Below, piece by piece: positions 39,968-53,470 of a stretch of 64,000 nucleotides of DNA. The position numbers and the translations under genes were made by a program. The notes beneath the pieces were generated by a model. It was not told the DNA's origin and ran no database searches. It saw nothing but the letters and a program-made list of their open reading frames with translations. Origin of the DNA: Lama guanicoe (Eukaryota). Location of the stretch: the NCBI GenBank assembly GCA_013239625.1, contig MU053792.1, positions 594,941 through 658,940 on the forward strand, in the 5' to 3' direction. How positions within the stretch are numbered: the first letter of the stretch is position 1; the number at the start of each line of letters is the position of its first letter.

Positions 39968-41535
39968 TTTTTATTGAAGTATTCAGTCACACATGAACAT
40001 AGATATATTCATTTTCTTATTTTTTCCACCATAAGTTGTACAAGATATTGAATATAGTTCATTGTGCTATGCAGTATGATCTTGTTGTTTACCTATTTTA
40101 TATATATGCTAGCTAGTATCTGCAAATCTCAAACTCCCAATTTATCTCTTCCCATCCACTTACCCCCCTGGTAACCATAAGTTTGTTTTCTATGTCTGTG
40201 AGTCTGTTTCTCTTTTGTAAATAAGTTCAATTGTCTGTCTTTTTTTTAATATTTTAGATTCCACATATGAGTGCTATCATATGGTATTTTTCTTTCTGTT
40301 TCTGGCTTACTCCACTTAGAATGACATTCTGCAGGTCCATCCATGTTGCTGCAAATGGCATTATCTTTTTTATGGCTGAGTAGTATTCCATTGTGTAAAT
40401 ATACCACTTCTTCTTTATCCAGTCATCTGTCGATGGACATTAAGAATGTTTCCATTTCTTGGCTATTGTAAATACTGCTGCTATGAACATTAGTGTGCAT
40501 GTATCTTTTTAATTAAGATTCCCTATGGATATATGCCTAGGAGTGGGATTGCTGGGTCATAGGGTAAGTCTGTTTTTAGTTATTTGGGGAATCTCTATAC
40601 TGTTTTCCATAATGGCTGCACCAAACTACATTCCCACCAACAGTGTCAGAGGGTTACTTTTTCTCCACAGCCTCTCCAGTTTGTTTGTGGACTTTTGAAT
40701 GATGGCCATTCTGACTGATGTGAGGTGATACCTCATTATAGTTTTGATTTGCATTTCTCTGATAATTAGGGATACTGAGCATTTTTTCATGTGGCTATTG
40801 GCCATTTATATGTCTTCATTGGAGAATTGCTTGTTCAGGTCTTCTGTCCATTTTTGGGTTGTTGGTTTTTTTCTTATCAAGTTTTGCAAATACTTTCTCC
40901 TATTTTGTAAGTTGTTGTTTTGTTCTGCTTATGGTTTCCTTTGCTGGGCAAAAGCTTATCAGTGTAATTAGGTCTCATTTGTTTGTTTTTGCTTTTATTT
41001 CTATTTCATATATAGACTGCGCTAGGAGAACATTGCTGAATTTCATGTCAGATAATGTTTTGCCTGTGTTTTCTTGTAAGAGATATTTTATAGTGTATTA
41101 TGTTTAAGTCTTCAAGCCATTTTGAGTTTATTTTTGTGTATGGTGTGAGGGAGTGCTCTAACTTCATTGATTTACATACAGCTGTCCATTTATCTCAACA
41201 TTCACTATATTCAAAAGTCTGTAGCATTGTTGTCTGAAGTCTGGGAGGGTTATTCCTCCAGTTTCATTTTTTTTTTTTCTTCAGTATTGCTTTGGCAGTT
41301 CTGGGTCTTTTGTGATTACATATAAATTTTCAGATTATTTATTCTAGTTCTGTGAAAAATGTCCTGGGTAATTTGATAGGGATTGAATTAAGTCTGTAGA
41401 TTGCTTTGGGCAGTACGGCCATTTTAACAATATTAATTCTTCTAATTCAAGAACACGGGATATTTCCCCTTTCTTTAAGTCATGTTTAATTCTCCTTTCT
41501 TTAAGTCATGTTTAATTTCCTTAGTCAATGTTTTT
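39968..41535 (-). mobile_element. Lineage-specific L1 3' portion, 5'-truncated, with internal deletions
   Basis: Canonical L1 3'UTR and antisense ORF2 C-terminus; 24-bp tandem duplication at 41468-41491 and 41494-41517. Confidence 0.93.
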
Positions 41536-41629
41536 TACTATTTTAATTGCACAAAAAATCTTTTTAACATATGAAGATATTAAAGGAGAATTAAAAGTCT
41601 CCTTTGAACTTGGTTTAAAAAGTGAATAA

Positions 41630-42530
41630 GACCTGAATTCTTACTCCCAATATCTTTCCTGAGCTGTGTTCATCTGTTTCTGACTTCCTGCTGTACTTTG
41701 CCAGCTAGATGTCCCTGGCACAGTGTCCAAAAAATGTACCTGTCCATCATTTGCTTCTTTTCTTAGTGTGTGTACATTTCAGTCACACATGCCAGAAAAC
41801 TTAGAGTCATTTTTATGTCTCCCACACTTGCTACATTCATCAGTCACCAAACTCTTATTCTTTGTACCATGATGCCCCCAGCATTTCTCTCTTATTTTGT
41901 GTCCTCTTTTCCACCCTTACAGCCTCTGTTCTAATTTAGAACGTTGTCTTCTTGCTGGATTATTACAATGACCTTTCCACTTGTACCAGCTTTACACTAA
42001 TCTCTTTGGATTTCAATCTACTCTCTACACCACAGTTAAAACATCTAATTTTATACATATAATAATTTATGTAATATACACGATCATATTCATATATGTT
42101 GTGTTTTTATTTAAAACAAAAACAACATCCTTGCCATTTGCTAACTTTCAAAGTTCTTTCCTTATGTGCAGTAACTGAGCTTTTATCCATGCTGCTCTTT
42201 CTGACTGGGAATATTTTAACCAAACCTTTATACAAACAAGTAAAATCTCATAATCTCTCCCACAAGACCAACTTCACCTTGTCACCCAGAATGTGCCATG
42301 CTATAATTTATTTTCTCACAGCTCTGTTTTGATGCTTTATCACAGGACTAAACACAATACATTGTATGTACTTTGTGGTTTACTTGTTGGTCTCCCCAGC
42401 TCGATTCCCTTACCAAACTTGGAGATCAGACTTTGTACACACACACGCGCACACACACACACTTCCCTTGTATATTAGGTACCTAGCAGATTGTCTTCAC
42501 ATTAAGGGGGTTTGTGAGTAAGTAAATATT
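41630..42530 (+). mobile_element. L2 fragments
   Basis: cagtcacacatgccagaaaacttagagtcat; ctggattattacaatgacc; tail-like sequence near 42480-42530. Confidence 0.55.
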
Positions 42531-43457
42531 CTGTGTTCTGTTTACCACATGATCCTATATTCTCAGGCGTTAGTTATTCCTAAAGAACTCCCTTCAGTGG
42601 GACCAAAGATGTATATTTTGCAAAATTGTTTCTGCAGGCTGCTGATCCTGTTTGAGTGCATATTTTAAATAGTTGTCTGTGTTTCTAACCCAGTGGAAGA
42701 ATTGTTCAGAAAATCCCTGGTGGTCTCCCAAGCCGTCATCTATTCTTCCATTTAGATTAGATGGGTATAGTAAATATGAGGCATAATAAAAATATAAGAT
42801 AACCTCCAAAGAATGAGTTATTAAAAGTATCATTTACTTATTAAATTTACTTCTAGATTCTAGGAGTGACCAAGAACCTGAGGATATATTGTGCCTATGT
42901 ATTCAAGTAGAGCATACACTTAAATCCTTTTACCGTGATTTATTTTGAGGTAATTTAATTCGTGTGGATGCTTTAGTATTTTAAAATATATTCTGTTTTC
43001 AGGACATTTTGAAGTTGATCAGTTGCTTTTGGGTAACTGCTTCATTTTAATCAAACAAAGACCCTAGGGAGGAGGGCTATGCATTATTGTACTGATTTTC
43101 CAGATGAAGAATGATGTGCACAGAAAGGGGGACTGTTTATCTAAGACAGCCAGCGCTAAGAAGTGGTAAATGATCTAGATCAACTTTAAGATGAGTTCTA
43201 CTTCTATTAAACTATTTCAGCTTCTCAGCAGTTTCAAGTATACGTAACAAACATAATTTGGGTGATAAGCTTCCGTTCTAAATACCTTTGTGTGTTATGC
43301 GCAATTGTGTATTTTTTAAATCTCTAACAACCTTCACTAAAATTTGAAGAGCTGAACTGATCATAACTAGAATATCCTTTGCTCATGACAGCTACCAGTC
43401 ACATTGGTACTTGTAAACTGAATGAAAAAATGTAAATAGGATCAAAGACATGACTTC

Positions 43458-43956
43458 TGTATTTGTTTTCTATTTCTGCCATAGCAAATCACCACACCTT
43501 TCGTGGCTTAAAAACAGCAATTTTGTTTCTTATACTTCTGGAGATCAGAAGTCTGGTAGGGCCCTCACTTGGCTAAAAATCAATATGTCATAGGGCCTCA
43601 TCCCTTTCTGGCAGTCCACCTTTGTAGAATCAGTGTCCTTGCCTTTTCTGGCTTCTGGAATCCATTTGCATTCCTTAGCTCCTGAGCCCCTCCTTCCAAC
43701 TTAAAAAACAGCAACAATACATCTCTTTAGGCTCTTCTGTCATAGTCACATCTCCCTCTCTGACTGCATCTGGTAAAGGTCCTTTGCTTTTATGAAAGCT
43801 TCATGTGATTAGATGAGGCCCACCTAGATAATACAAGCTAATCTTCTCATCTTAAAGTCTTTAACCCTAACCATTTCTGTAAGGTCCCTTTTGCCCTATT
43901 ACCTGTGTTCACGGGTTCCAGGGACGGGTTGTGGAACTGTTTTTCTACCTACCATA
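43458..43956 (-). mobile_element. MaLR solo LTR (MLT1C/D-like)
   Basis: tgtatt...gtggcttaaaaacagc...ttctggagatcagaagtc...gattagatgaggcccacctagataat; TSD acttc and ccttc. Confidence 0.85.
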
Positions 43957-44214
43957 CCTTCTTATCAAAATAGATAGAGAAATGGCTTGAGGAAGGCTGA
44001 GAGGGGAGCTCAAAGGATCATACAGAGGAGGCAGTCACCATAGGTATCATTTATGACATTGCTAATAGATCAAAGGAGGTTCAAAATAAGAATTTAAATA
44101 ACTTTGGAATTAATGGTATGGTCAAAATCATATTAGGGGAAGAGAAGTTAGATAATTATTGTAATACCTCAAGGAAATACCAATTAACATTGGTAAAGTT
44201 ATATTCCATTGCCA

Positions 44215-44382
44215 CAGCTGATGTCTAGGGACTCTGTTAAAATTGTGCACCCCAGACTCCACTCACCACAGATGGTGACTCAGGAGGCCTTTGACGGGCT
44301 TAGCACTTTGCTTTTTAACGAGCATGTCAGGTGATTCTGATGACTGTGCCCACTTACTACTGTGCTTTGAGAAATACCGCTG
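44215..44382. mobile_element. MER5A-like hAT element
   Basis: ttttaacgagcatgtcaggtgattctgatg...ctttgagaaataccgctg. Confidence 0.7.
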
Positions 44383-45189
44383 TGGTGTTTACTTCTTGAC
44401 CACTGGGGCTAGAACAGCTTAATGGCTCTAACTGGAATGTGAACCGCTGACTCTGGAGAAAATATCTTACTCAAAACTGACATTTACTATGAAATAGCAC
44501 AGTGTAGAATGTTAATTAATGTAAATGGAATGATTGGGGCTTATGAAAAATACAACTTTTAATCAGTTACTATAAAATTTTCATCATTTAAGGATTGTGT
44601 ACAATTACTAGATTCAGTTTACTATAAATATAATACAAATTGAAGGCCACTTGCTAATAACTAAAGCCCAGCTATGGAGCTTTCCCAGAAAGACAGGTCC
44701 AGTGGTTCCAGCAGAAATAGATTGACTTTTAAACATAAAATTGAGAACAGCTTTCCAATGCAGAGCTTAATATTCAGCTGAGTAGGAACGATAATGGCAT
44801 TTTTAGAGCCAAAAATTGGGTATAATTTTGTTTTACTGCAACATCACCTTTTATTTTAATCCAGAGATTCAGTCATCCCCACGAGTTAGCTCACTTGTAA
44901 GTACTATAAGAAATAATACATAACTTCATTAAAAGATTATTTAAAAAAATACTTTTTCCAATTATCAATTCCTTTTACCAACCTAAAATTTGTGTTTTCT
45001 ACTTCTGTGGTTTTCTTATCAATTTTCATATGCACCTACATGTTACAGAGGTGTTATTTATTAAATACCAGCATCATTTCATAATTTATTTTCAGAATAG
45101 GTCACACGTTTCCTTATAGCTGAATTGCACTTTCATAATTGAAAATCAAATCAGATGGTTCACTTAACAATAGTTCACTTAACTTTTCT

Positions 45190-45600
45190 AATTAAACTGC
45201 TCTAATCTTTCCACTTTGCTCTTAGAATAATTCTTAACTCCTGAATGGGGCTGACTCCTACTCACCTCTCCAGCCTTAACTGCACACACTCACCTCCACC
45301 CACCAGTTACAACTATTATAGTTCAGGAGCCATGTCTTCCGTACCTTCTCAGGACCTACATGCGTGCTTTTCTGAGCCAAAAGCTCTCCACTCTTTCTCC
45401 ATGTCTTGCCTCATTACCAACTAATTATCTTCAGGAACCAACTTTATTTCCGTAAAGAAGCCCACCCCTGCCACTGCATCCAGATTAGCACTATGAACTC
45501 AGTGCAAGTTATCATCTCACCTATCTTATCATATGGTGTTTGCCTGCACTGCCCCTAAACCATAAGTTTGTTGGAGGCAGAACCCAAGAATAAACTAACT
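45190..45600 (+). mobile_element. L2 fragment
   Basis: ctcttagaataattcttaactcc...ctctccagcc...cataagtttgttggaggcag. Confidence 0.5.
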
Positions 45601-46687
45601 AAAAGAGGAGCCATCCCGGTGCTGAGGAGCTGATCGAGATTAGCTGCCTGACTCCAAGTAGCTCACAAAGTAGTGGGGAAAAATAACCTGAAGCCACAGA
45701 TTACAGGGTCATTTGGCAAGTGACCTTAACAGAGAACTATACATACTTATTTAGTTCCCTGACCTTTGCATTGAAGTTGGCAAAATGTAAAACTAGATAC
45801 AACCCCTTTTTAAATTGATGCAAAAAAAATAGTTTTCTTCTATATGAAAAAAGCAGTTCTACTCTTTACTCCACTTTTGCATAGGACTTGGGTAGGGCTT
45901 TTAACCATTTGCTATAAATTTTATGAAGCAAGACAAGATGCCAGCTCACGATTCGCCACTCTCATTTTTTCCCACATTCATATCTCATGAAATAACTCTG
46001 CTGAATTTATTTTAAAGTTCCCCCTTTTACTGAAAAATAAAGTTTGGATGCAATTAATATTTTTAAAATTAATTAATGACAAGAAAATACTCAAAACACA
46101 TACATGAGTTATTTATTATTATATTGATTTTATTATTAATATTTTATTATTAATTATTAATGTTATTAACTAAAATTTGTTTATTATTAATAAAAATTTT
46201 ATTGTTGATGAAAGTATTAAAGTTATCTACATCAAATTATGAGATCAATTGAATATAGTTTTAAAGGCAAGATGTTTAAATAGCAGAGTATATCTAACGT
46301 TTTTTAAACGTAAGTGGATTTTAATGTGTTCCTAGATTTCTTAAATGTAATGAGATTCAAGGCAAGGACTACTTAACAACCACCTTCACATGCAATTTAT
46401 TTTAAGTTACATCTGTATTTGAGGTATGACGTGCTACTTACCTGAGCGATGTATGAAGCGTGAAGAATGTGAAAACATATGGGGAAATCGAGAGATAGCA
46501 ATTTAAATATTTATTTCTTCTATCTAATAGTGAAATATTCTACCAATTTTTTGCAATCATGCTTATGAAATCTGTATTTTGATAACATATATATACCAAG
46601 GTGTATTAACATTTTGCCAAGCAAGTGTATCAATTTTATAATTAATTTTAGCAATGTTGGATTAGGACAAGTTTAGCAAAGTGGACA

Positions 46688-46706
46688 GTGTGTGTGTGTG
46701 TGTGTG
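46688..46706. repeat. (TG)n microsatellite
   Basis: Direct read. Confidence 0.9.
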
Positions 46707-48529
46707 GCTAGACAGCTGGGTGATTTTTAAATTTATTCAAAGAAGTCAAGCCCACATGTCTATAACTTGATACTTCCTAGATGATTTAGAAACCTATCTG
46801 CCTAGGATGATTTTTGGTGAAAGGAAAAGGATAGAGCAGACAGCTTCTAAAGATCATAGTAACACTGTGGCCAAACACAGGCTATATTACAAGTCAGTCA
46901 TGGACAAAAATTATGAATTTCCACCTGGTGAACCATATGGTTTCCATATGTCAGCAAATTTGAAACTGTCTACATAAACAGTGAACCCAGTTATTCTAGC
47001 ATTTCCATTAAAATATGTACACAATGTAGAATGCCTATGTATGTGTGTATATATATTTATACATATATATAGTATTACCACATTTATTACTATTGGAAAT
47101 TAAAAGTGTGCATCAAAAGGAAAGCCGAGTTTCCAAGTTTAAAAACGGAATATTGCCAGTAGAAAATGAAGGTCACTTTGGTATCCCTATCTGTAAATAT
47201 GAAACAAATCTTTTACTCCATGAAAAATAAAACAAATGCCAATTCAGGCAAAAAGCTCAGTTGTAAAATCAAAACCTCAGAAACACCAGGCTATCATCTT
47301 ACAGATGAAAGTATTAACCTTCTCTTAATCGTCAGGGACTTGCAAAGAAATGAAGATATAAGTGCCCATGTAAAAAAAAAAAAAAAGAAAGAAAATCTCT
47401 GCATGGAGAGCATTTTTGAAGTATTAAAAGGGCTCCTTGGGGGTTACGTTCTTACAGCAGCTGACAGGCAGAGCGTTTATGTTCTTTTCAAGATTTTTAC
47501 TATAGCGAAACTCAGGAAAGCTAGTCAATTAATGGCACAGGCTTTGAGTTGATTTCTATTTACAAGTAATTAGGTGTGAGCCGATGTCAACATAGAAAAA
47601 ATTCCCCCTTTGTGTTGATGCTGCCTTTGTAAAAAGCTATCTAGCACTTATCTGAATAAAAAAAAAATGTAATGAGTGCTCTTTGTGACCCAGGTTAATT
47701 CTTATTTGAAATGTTCTGCACATTGTGAATTCCGTAAGAATGTAATTGCTTGAGTCAACTGCTTATTGACATGGTCAAAGAATAATAGCTCTAATATTTG
47801 GGATTCAAAGCACAGTTTATTGACCAGTAGGTTTAATTAATCTTTAGAGTTCTCTTGTTTAATTTTTAATTTGAGGAATCTAATAGAAAATATAACTTGA
47901 TGCTTAAAAATTCTATCTCAAGTGTCATATTCTTCCCCAGCTGGAATTCAGTTTTAATTTTTGAAGTTTTCTTATGAACAAGATCTATAATGATCATCTA
48001 ACATTAGTGTTATTACCCAGTTAATTTTAGTGCTTTTTATAATCTTGAACTCAGAAAACCTGCTTCTCTGTGATATTTGATTACCTATAATAGTGCTATC
48101 TTTTATTATTTCAGAATACAAAAATCTTTTTTTTAAATTATGGAATCACAGTTTTTGCCAAAGATGAGTATTTCTGTGTTCTGATATTTATACTGTTTCA
48201 ACCATCCAATTTAAAAAGTGAGATATGTACCTATAGCCCAGGTATTTTTAGTCATTTGATTTGTTCCTAGGTTAATTATAGTGATTCTAAGAATATATGC
48301 AAGACATTATCAATATGTCTCTGATCCTTTCACATTAGTCTTCTCACACTTATACATCTATTAATTTATTCAACAAGTATTTAATTATCACCAAATAACC
48401 AAGTAAAATAGTTAGGCACAGGGGGTATATTAAGAAATAAAATAGAGAATATTCTTCTTAAAATGTAGTATATAATAATATATATTAAATATTAGAAAGA
48501 ATAAAAGGAAGTAGGTGAGTACTTACACT

Positions 48530-48877
48530 ACTGATGGATAAAAAGTAGTTATTCTATAGGAAATTTGGTGCTAAATAACATTATTAAAAATATGTGCATA
48601 TTCCCTTGGAACCAGCTTTTGGTATCTGCTCTAGAAAAAAATACCTGCACAGGTATACAGAAGGAAGTTCAGTACTTTACAGCAAAACTGTTTGCATTAG
48701 ATAAAACAAAGAAACAAATCCGAAGTCCTTCCATCCCTGATGGCTAAATAAACTCACTGTAATACTGTGCAACAATTTGAGTAAATAGGACAAAAGTTTC
48801 TTTTGGTTCATGGAGCATATACATTAGATACATTGTATTTAATAAAATCTATAGAAACAAAGCAAGATAGTAACTGG

Positions 48878-48909
<32 letters not shown>

Positions 48910-48995
48910 GCATAGAAAGAAATCAGAAAATATACACATGAACTGATCATTGTTACTTGTGGGGAAAGAACTGGGTGGTGGGTGATGCTAAATGT
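48530..48995 (+). mobile_element. Old L1ME-like 3' fragment containing (TG)n at 48878-48904
   Basis: atgtgcatattcccttgg...cagcaaaactgtttg...atggctaaataaact. Confidence 0.5.
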
Positions 48996-49013
48996 GGACT
49001 TCAGCATTATTTC

Positions 49014-49509
49014 CTTTTTTTTTTTCAGTTTTAAAAAGTTTTTCTTTATTGTGTTAAAGCATACACAGCATAAAATTTACCATCCCTACCATCTTTAAGT
49101 GTGCCGTTCCGTTGGATGAAATACCTTCACATCATTGTGCAATGACCACCGTCTGTCCCCATAACTCTTACAAATCTGAAACTGCTAACTGCCCCCCTCC
49201 CCTCCACTGGCCCCTGGCAACCACCTTTCTACTTTCTGCCTATATGAATTTGACTACTCTAGGGACCTCATCTAGGTGGATTCCCACAGAATTTGTCCTT
49301 TTGTGACTGACGTCTTTCACTCAGCATAATGTCCTCAAGGTTCATTCATGGTGTAGCAGGTGTCAGAAATTCCTATCTTTTAAAAGTGGAATCATAGTCC
49401 ATTCTTTATATGACCACGTTTTGCTTATCCATTTATCTGCTGATGGGCACTTGGGATTCTTCCATGTTTTAACTACTGTGAATAATGCTGCTATGAACAT
49501 GGGTGTGAA
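49014..49509 (-). mobile_element. L1MB-like 3' end, 5'-truncated
   Basis: Poly(T), then cataaaatttaccatc...cccctggcaaccacc...gatgggcacttggg; 18-bp TSD 48996-49013 and 49510-49527 (1 mismatch). Confidence 0.9.
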
Positions 49510-50119
49510 GGACCTCAGCATTATTTCTCACACAAAAATGTAATATTCATAAAATTAAAAATAAATAGCAAAATAAAGTTGAGTGTGTTGCATGATATAG
49601 GAGCCTGCATGAATGAAGAACAGTAAGTGACTAATTTTAGATAGTTCTAGAGCAGAGAAATTGTTACTGAGTTCAGTAGATATTCACTAAGTCTATATGT
49701 AACCATGCATGTAACTTTCCAAAGGGTATTTTACCAATTTACATCTTAATTACAGTTTTTGTGGAGATATGGAGAGGGTTTATGCGGTTTTTCCCACGGC
49801 AAACTTCCTATAATGCTTTTGGATACTGTTTATCCCAAAGTCTCACACTTAGGACAGCTGCTAGAAATCTCCTCTCCCGGTCCACTGCCCAGCACTGCCC
49901 AGGCCACTTCCTCTTTGGTGTCCTTCCTGGTCCTGCACATCTCATGTAGCCCTCTCCTACCAGAAGCTTCTGGGTGTCACACATGATCCTCCCGTCACAG
50001 AGTAACTTTGGAATTAAAGTATCCTATTTTCTGGTCTGCTGCTTTTATCATGAGGAAAACCTCTTCCTGGAATTCTGGGTGCTGAAATGTTTCACCTTGT
50101 TATGCCGTTGCATCTGCGA

Positions 50120-50400
50120 AACATTGTACTGGGTGCTGTGGCTGCCAGAGGAGTCAGGTGAAATCCTATCTTCAAGGGACTTCATTTCTAGGAAGGAGAG
50201 AGAAACAGGTTGACCAAGAAGTGTGCAAACACTGTAAATGTGGAGATAGAACTGTTAAGAGGACACTGATCATAAAGGAAAACAGTTAAATTTAAATGAC
50301 AAGGATGAGAAAAGTTTCATAAAGAAGGTGAACTTTAAATGAGCATTGAAAGTACAAGTAATGTTTTTTTCTGAACCCCGAAGGATGAGCTTATTAATTG
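50120..50400 (-). mobile_element. L2 fragment
   Basis: attgtactgggtgctg...tcttcaagggacttcatttctagg...aaagtttcataaagaaggtgaacttt. Confidence 0.5.
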
Positions 50401-50920
50401 ATTCGGCTGAAGAGAATATATTTCAATAACCATAAAAATATTGAAATACTTCAGCATTGTTAGAGAAAAGAAGCCAGGAATAAGCAAAGGGAGATGAATA
50501 TTTTCCTTTGCATATCTGCTATTGAATACTTGATAACTCTCTATGAATATAAATTGCATAGGTCATATGTTTTTAATAAGAAAAATAAATAATTTTAAAA
50601 TTCAATTATACTAAGTACAGAATTTATAAAGCACAAAAGTAGTTCTGTATAATGTTATTGTCAAATAAATAAATATATGTGAAAAAATAATTGACAAGAT
50701 AAAATGAATATTTTTCACTGTTTCTAAATGAGTGGCAAAACTGATTCAATCTCTTTCTAATTTTTATTTATTTTTAGAATAGTCATAAAGTTCATAATTA
50801 GGCTAGTAAAACCTTAAGGATAATGTGCCTTTGAGCAATCACTGTAACCATCTAGTGTGTCCTCTGGTGAAGTAAAGAGAAGGGTAAAGTGCTAATAACC
50901 ACAGTCAAGCACTGCACGCT

Positions 50921-52733
50921 TTTTTTTCCTTTTTCAGCTTTATTAGGTAGAATTATTGCAGTTTGACTGCACGTATACCTTACATTGCATGTAAATACAT
51001 ATATAAAGTATACTGCACATATTTTTTAAATTTACATATACTGATCATTGTTTCTAAGAACAAATTAGAGCCTTAGCTTTTTAGCTTACATAGTTATCAA
51101 AGGAATAAAGCCAATCACAGAATAAGAATCAGCAGAATGTGGAAATCCAATCATAAAAGACAGTCAGATGTGCTGACACATATTCAAAAGTTAATCATTT
51201 AAGTTACAAATAATAAGTAGTTCATTTATGTCCTTATTTTTTAATTTTTATTTTTTTTTAGATTCCACCTATAAGTGATATCATATGGCATTTTTCTTTC
51301 TCTTTCTGGCCCACGTCACTTACAATGACGATCTTCAGGTCCATCCATGTTGCTGCAAATAGCATTACTTTATTCTTTTTTATGGTTGGGTAGTGTTCCA
51401 TTGTATATATGTACTACATCTCTGTCATCTGTTGATGGACATTTGGATTGTTTCCATGGCTTGGCTATTGTAAATAGTGTTGCTATGAATATTGGAGTGC
51501 ATGTGTCTTTTTGAGTTTTATTATTCTCTGGGTATATGCCCAGGAGTGGGATTGCTGGATCACATGGTAAGTCTATTTTTAGTTTTTTAAGGAACCTCCA
51601 CACTGTCCTCCATAGTGGCTGCACCAACCTACACTCCCACCATCAGTGTAGGAGGGTTCCCTTTTCTCCACACCCTGTCCAGCATCTATCATTTGTAGAC
51701 ATTTCAATACAGCCATTCTGGCTGGAGTGAGGTGATATCTCATGATAGTTTTGATCTGCATTTCTCTGACAATTAGTGATGTTGAGCATTTTCTCATATG
51801 CCTATTGATCATTTGTATGTCTTCATTGGAGAATTGCTTGTTTAGGTATTCTGTCCATTTTTGGAATGGGTTACTTTTTTTTTTTATATTAAGGTGTATG
51901 AGCTGTTTGTATATTTTGGAAATTAGTCCCTTGTCAGTCACATTTGCAAATATTTTGTCCCATTCTGTAGGTTGTCTTTCTGTTTTGTTGATAGTATTCC
52001 TAGCTGTACAAAAGCTTTTGTTTAATTAGATCCCACTTATTTATTTTTGCTTTTATTTCCATTACTCCAGAAGTTGGTTCAAAAAATACATTGCTGTGAT
52101 TTATGTCCATGAGTTTTCTGCCTATGTTTTCCTCTAGGAGTTTTATAATATCTGGTGTGACATTTAGGGTTTTAACCCATTTTGAGTTTATTTTGTATAT
52201 GGTATTAGAGAATGTTCTAATTTCAGTCTTTTATAGGTAGCTGTCAAGTTTTCCCAGCACCACTTATTGAAGAGACTGTCTTTTCTCCGTTGTATGTTCT
52301 TTCCTCCTTTGTCATAGATTAATTGACTATAAGTGTGTGGGTTAATTTTTGGACTTTCTGTCTTGTTCCATTTATCTGTGTGTCTGTTTTTGTGCCAGTA
52401 CCACACTGTTTTGATTACTGTAGCTTTGTAGTATAGTCTGAAGTCAGGGAGCATGACTCCTCCAGCTCTGTTCTTCTTTTTCAAGATTGTTTTGGCTATT
52501 CAGAGTCTTCTGTGTTTCCATACAAATTTTAACATTTTTTTGTTCCAGCTCTGTGAAGAATGTCATTGGTAATTTGATAGGGACTGCATTGAATCTGTAA
52601 ATTGCCTTGGGTAGTATGGACATTTTAACAATATTGCTTCTTCCAATCCAAGGACACGGTATATCTTTCCATTTGTTTATGTTATCTTCAATTTCCTTCA
52701 TCAGTGTCTAATAGTTTTGGCATACAGGTGTTT
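50921..52733 (-). mobile_element. 5'-truncated L1 with atypical ~290-bp 3' terminal segment
   Basis: ORF2 peptides ([43 protein letters not shown]); TSD 50907-50920 and 52734-52747 (12/14). Confidence 0.92.
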
Positions 52734-53149
52734 AAGCAATGCACTCTGGATGCTTATAATGTGAATGGAGCAAGCTGTTAACTGGGCAAAAATAAGCTGA
52801 GTTAGCATTCTTCTGTTTTCCTGCACCAGGAAACATCCCAAATGAACTACATGACCAATTCATAAAGTATCAACGAAGAAAATGCCAAAAACAGGAAATA
52901 GGCAATACAATAGAACTAGCAATTTTTTCAAAAGGATTTTATAAATTCAAATAAAGAAGAGTTTAACCAGGTATTCCCTCCCTAAACAAAACTTCAATTC
53001 AAAACCTGAGAAAGTGCTGTGTATTGTAACTACCTTTTTAATGTAATTTAGGCCACCACGTCTCAGAGCCCTTCTTTTCTTTCATATTTACTATTCTCTT
53101 TGAACTTAAAAAAAATAGCATAACCATGCAGCAAATTCAGTTTAGAAAG

Positions 53150-53470
53150 AAGATAATATTTGAATTGAGACCTAAATGAGGGGAAGGAACTAGCCAAGCA
53201 GAGATTTACAGACAGAATTGTAAGTTCAGGAAACAGCCATTTCAAAGCCAATCTGGCTAGCATGTATGAACAATGGAGGTATTCCTAAATGATCAGGTCA
53301 CAGAGGCAGACAGGCTAAATAAATATTTATAAATCATGGTAAGGAATCTGGATCTTGCACTGTAGTCGTGTATTTGTCTTTGTCTTCCATAAGCCTGTTT
53401 ATCAATGAGGTTCACACTGTGCCTGGAACTAAGTAGACACTCAATAAATATTTGTTGGATAAAATGATAG
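53150..53470. mobile_element. L2 fragments (minus piece about 53150-53370; plus-strand tail about 53410-53470)
   Basis: gtgcctggaactaagtagacactcaataaatatttgttg is an L2 tail. Confidence 0.6.

Noticed and set aside
51370..52701. RT-like ORFs as a functional gene
   Set aside because: Frameshifted, 5'-truncated L1 ORF2 fragments
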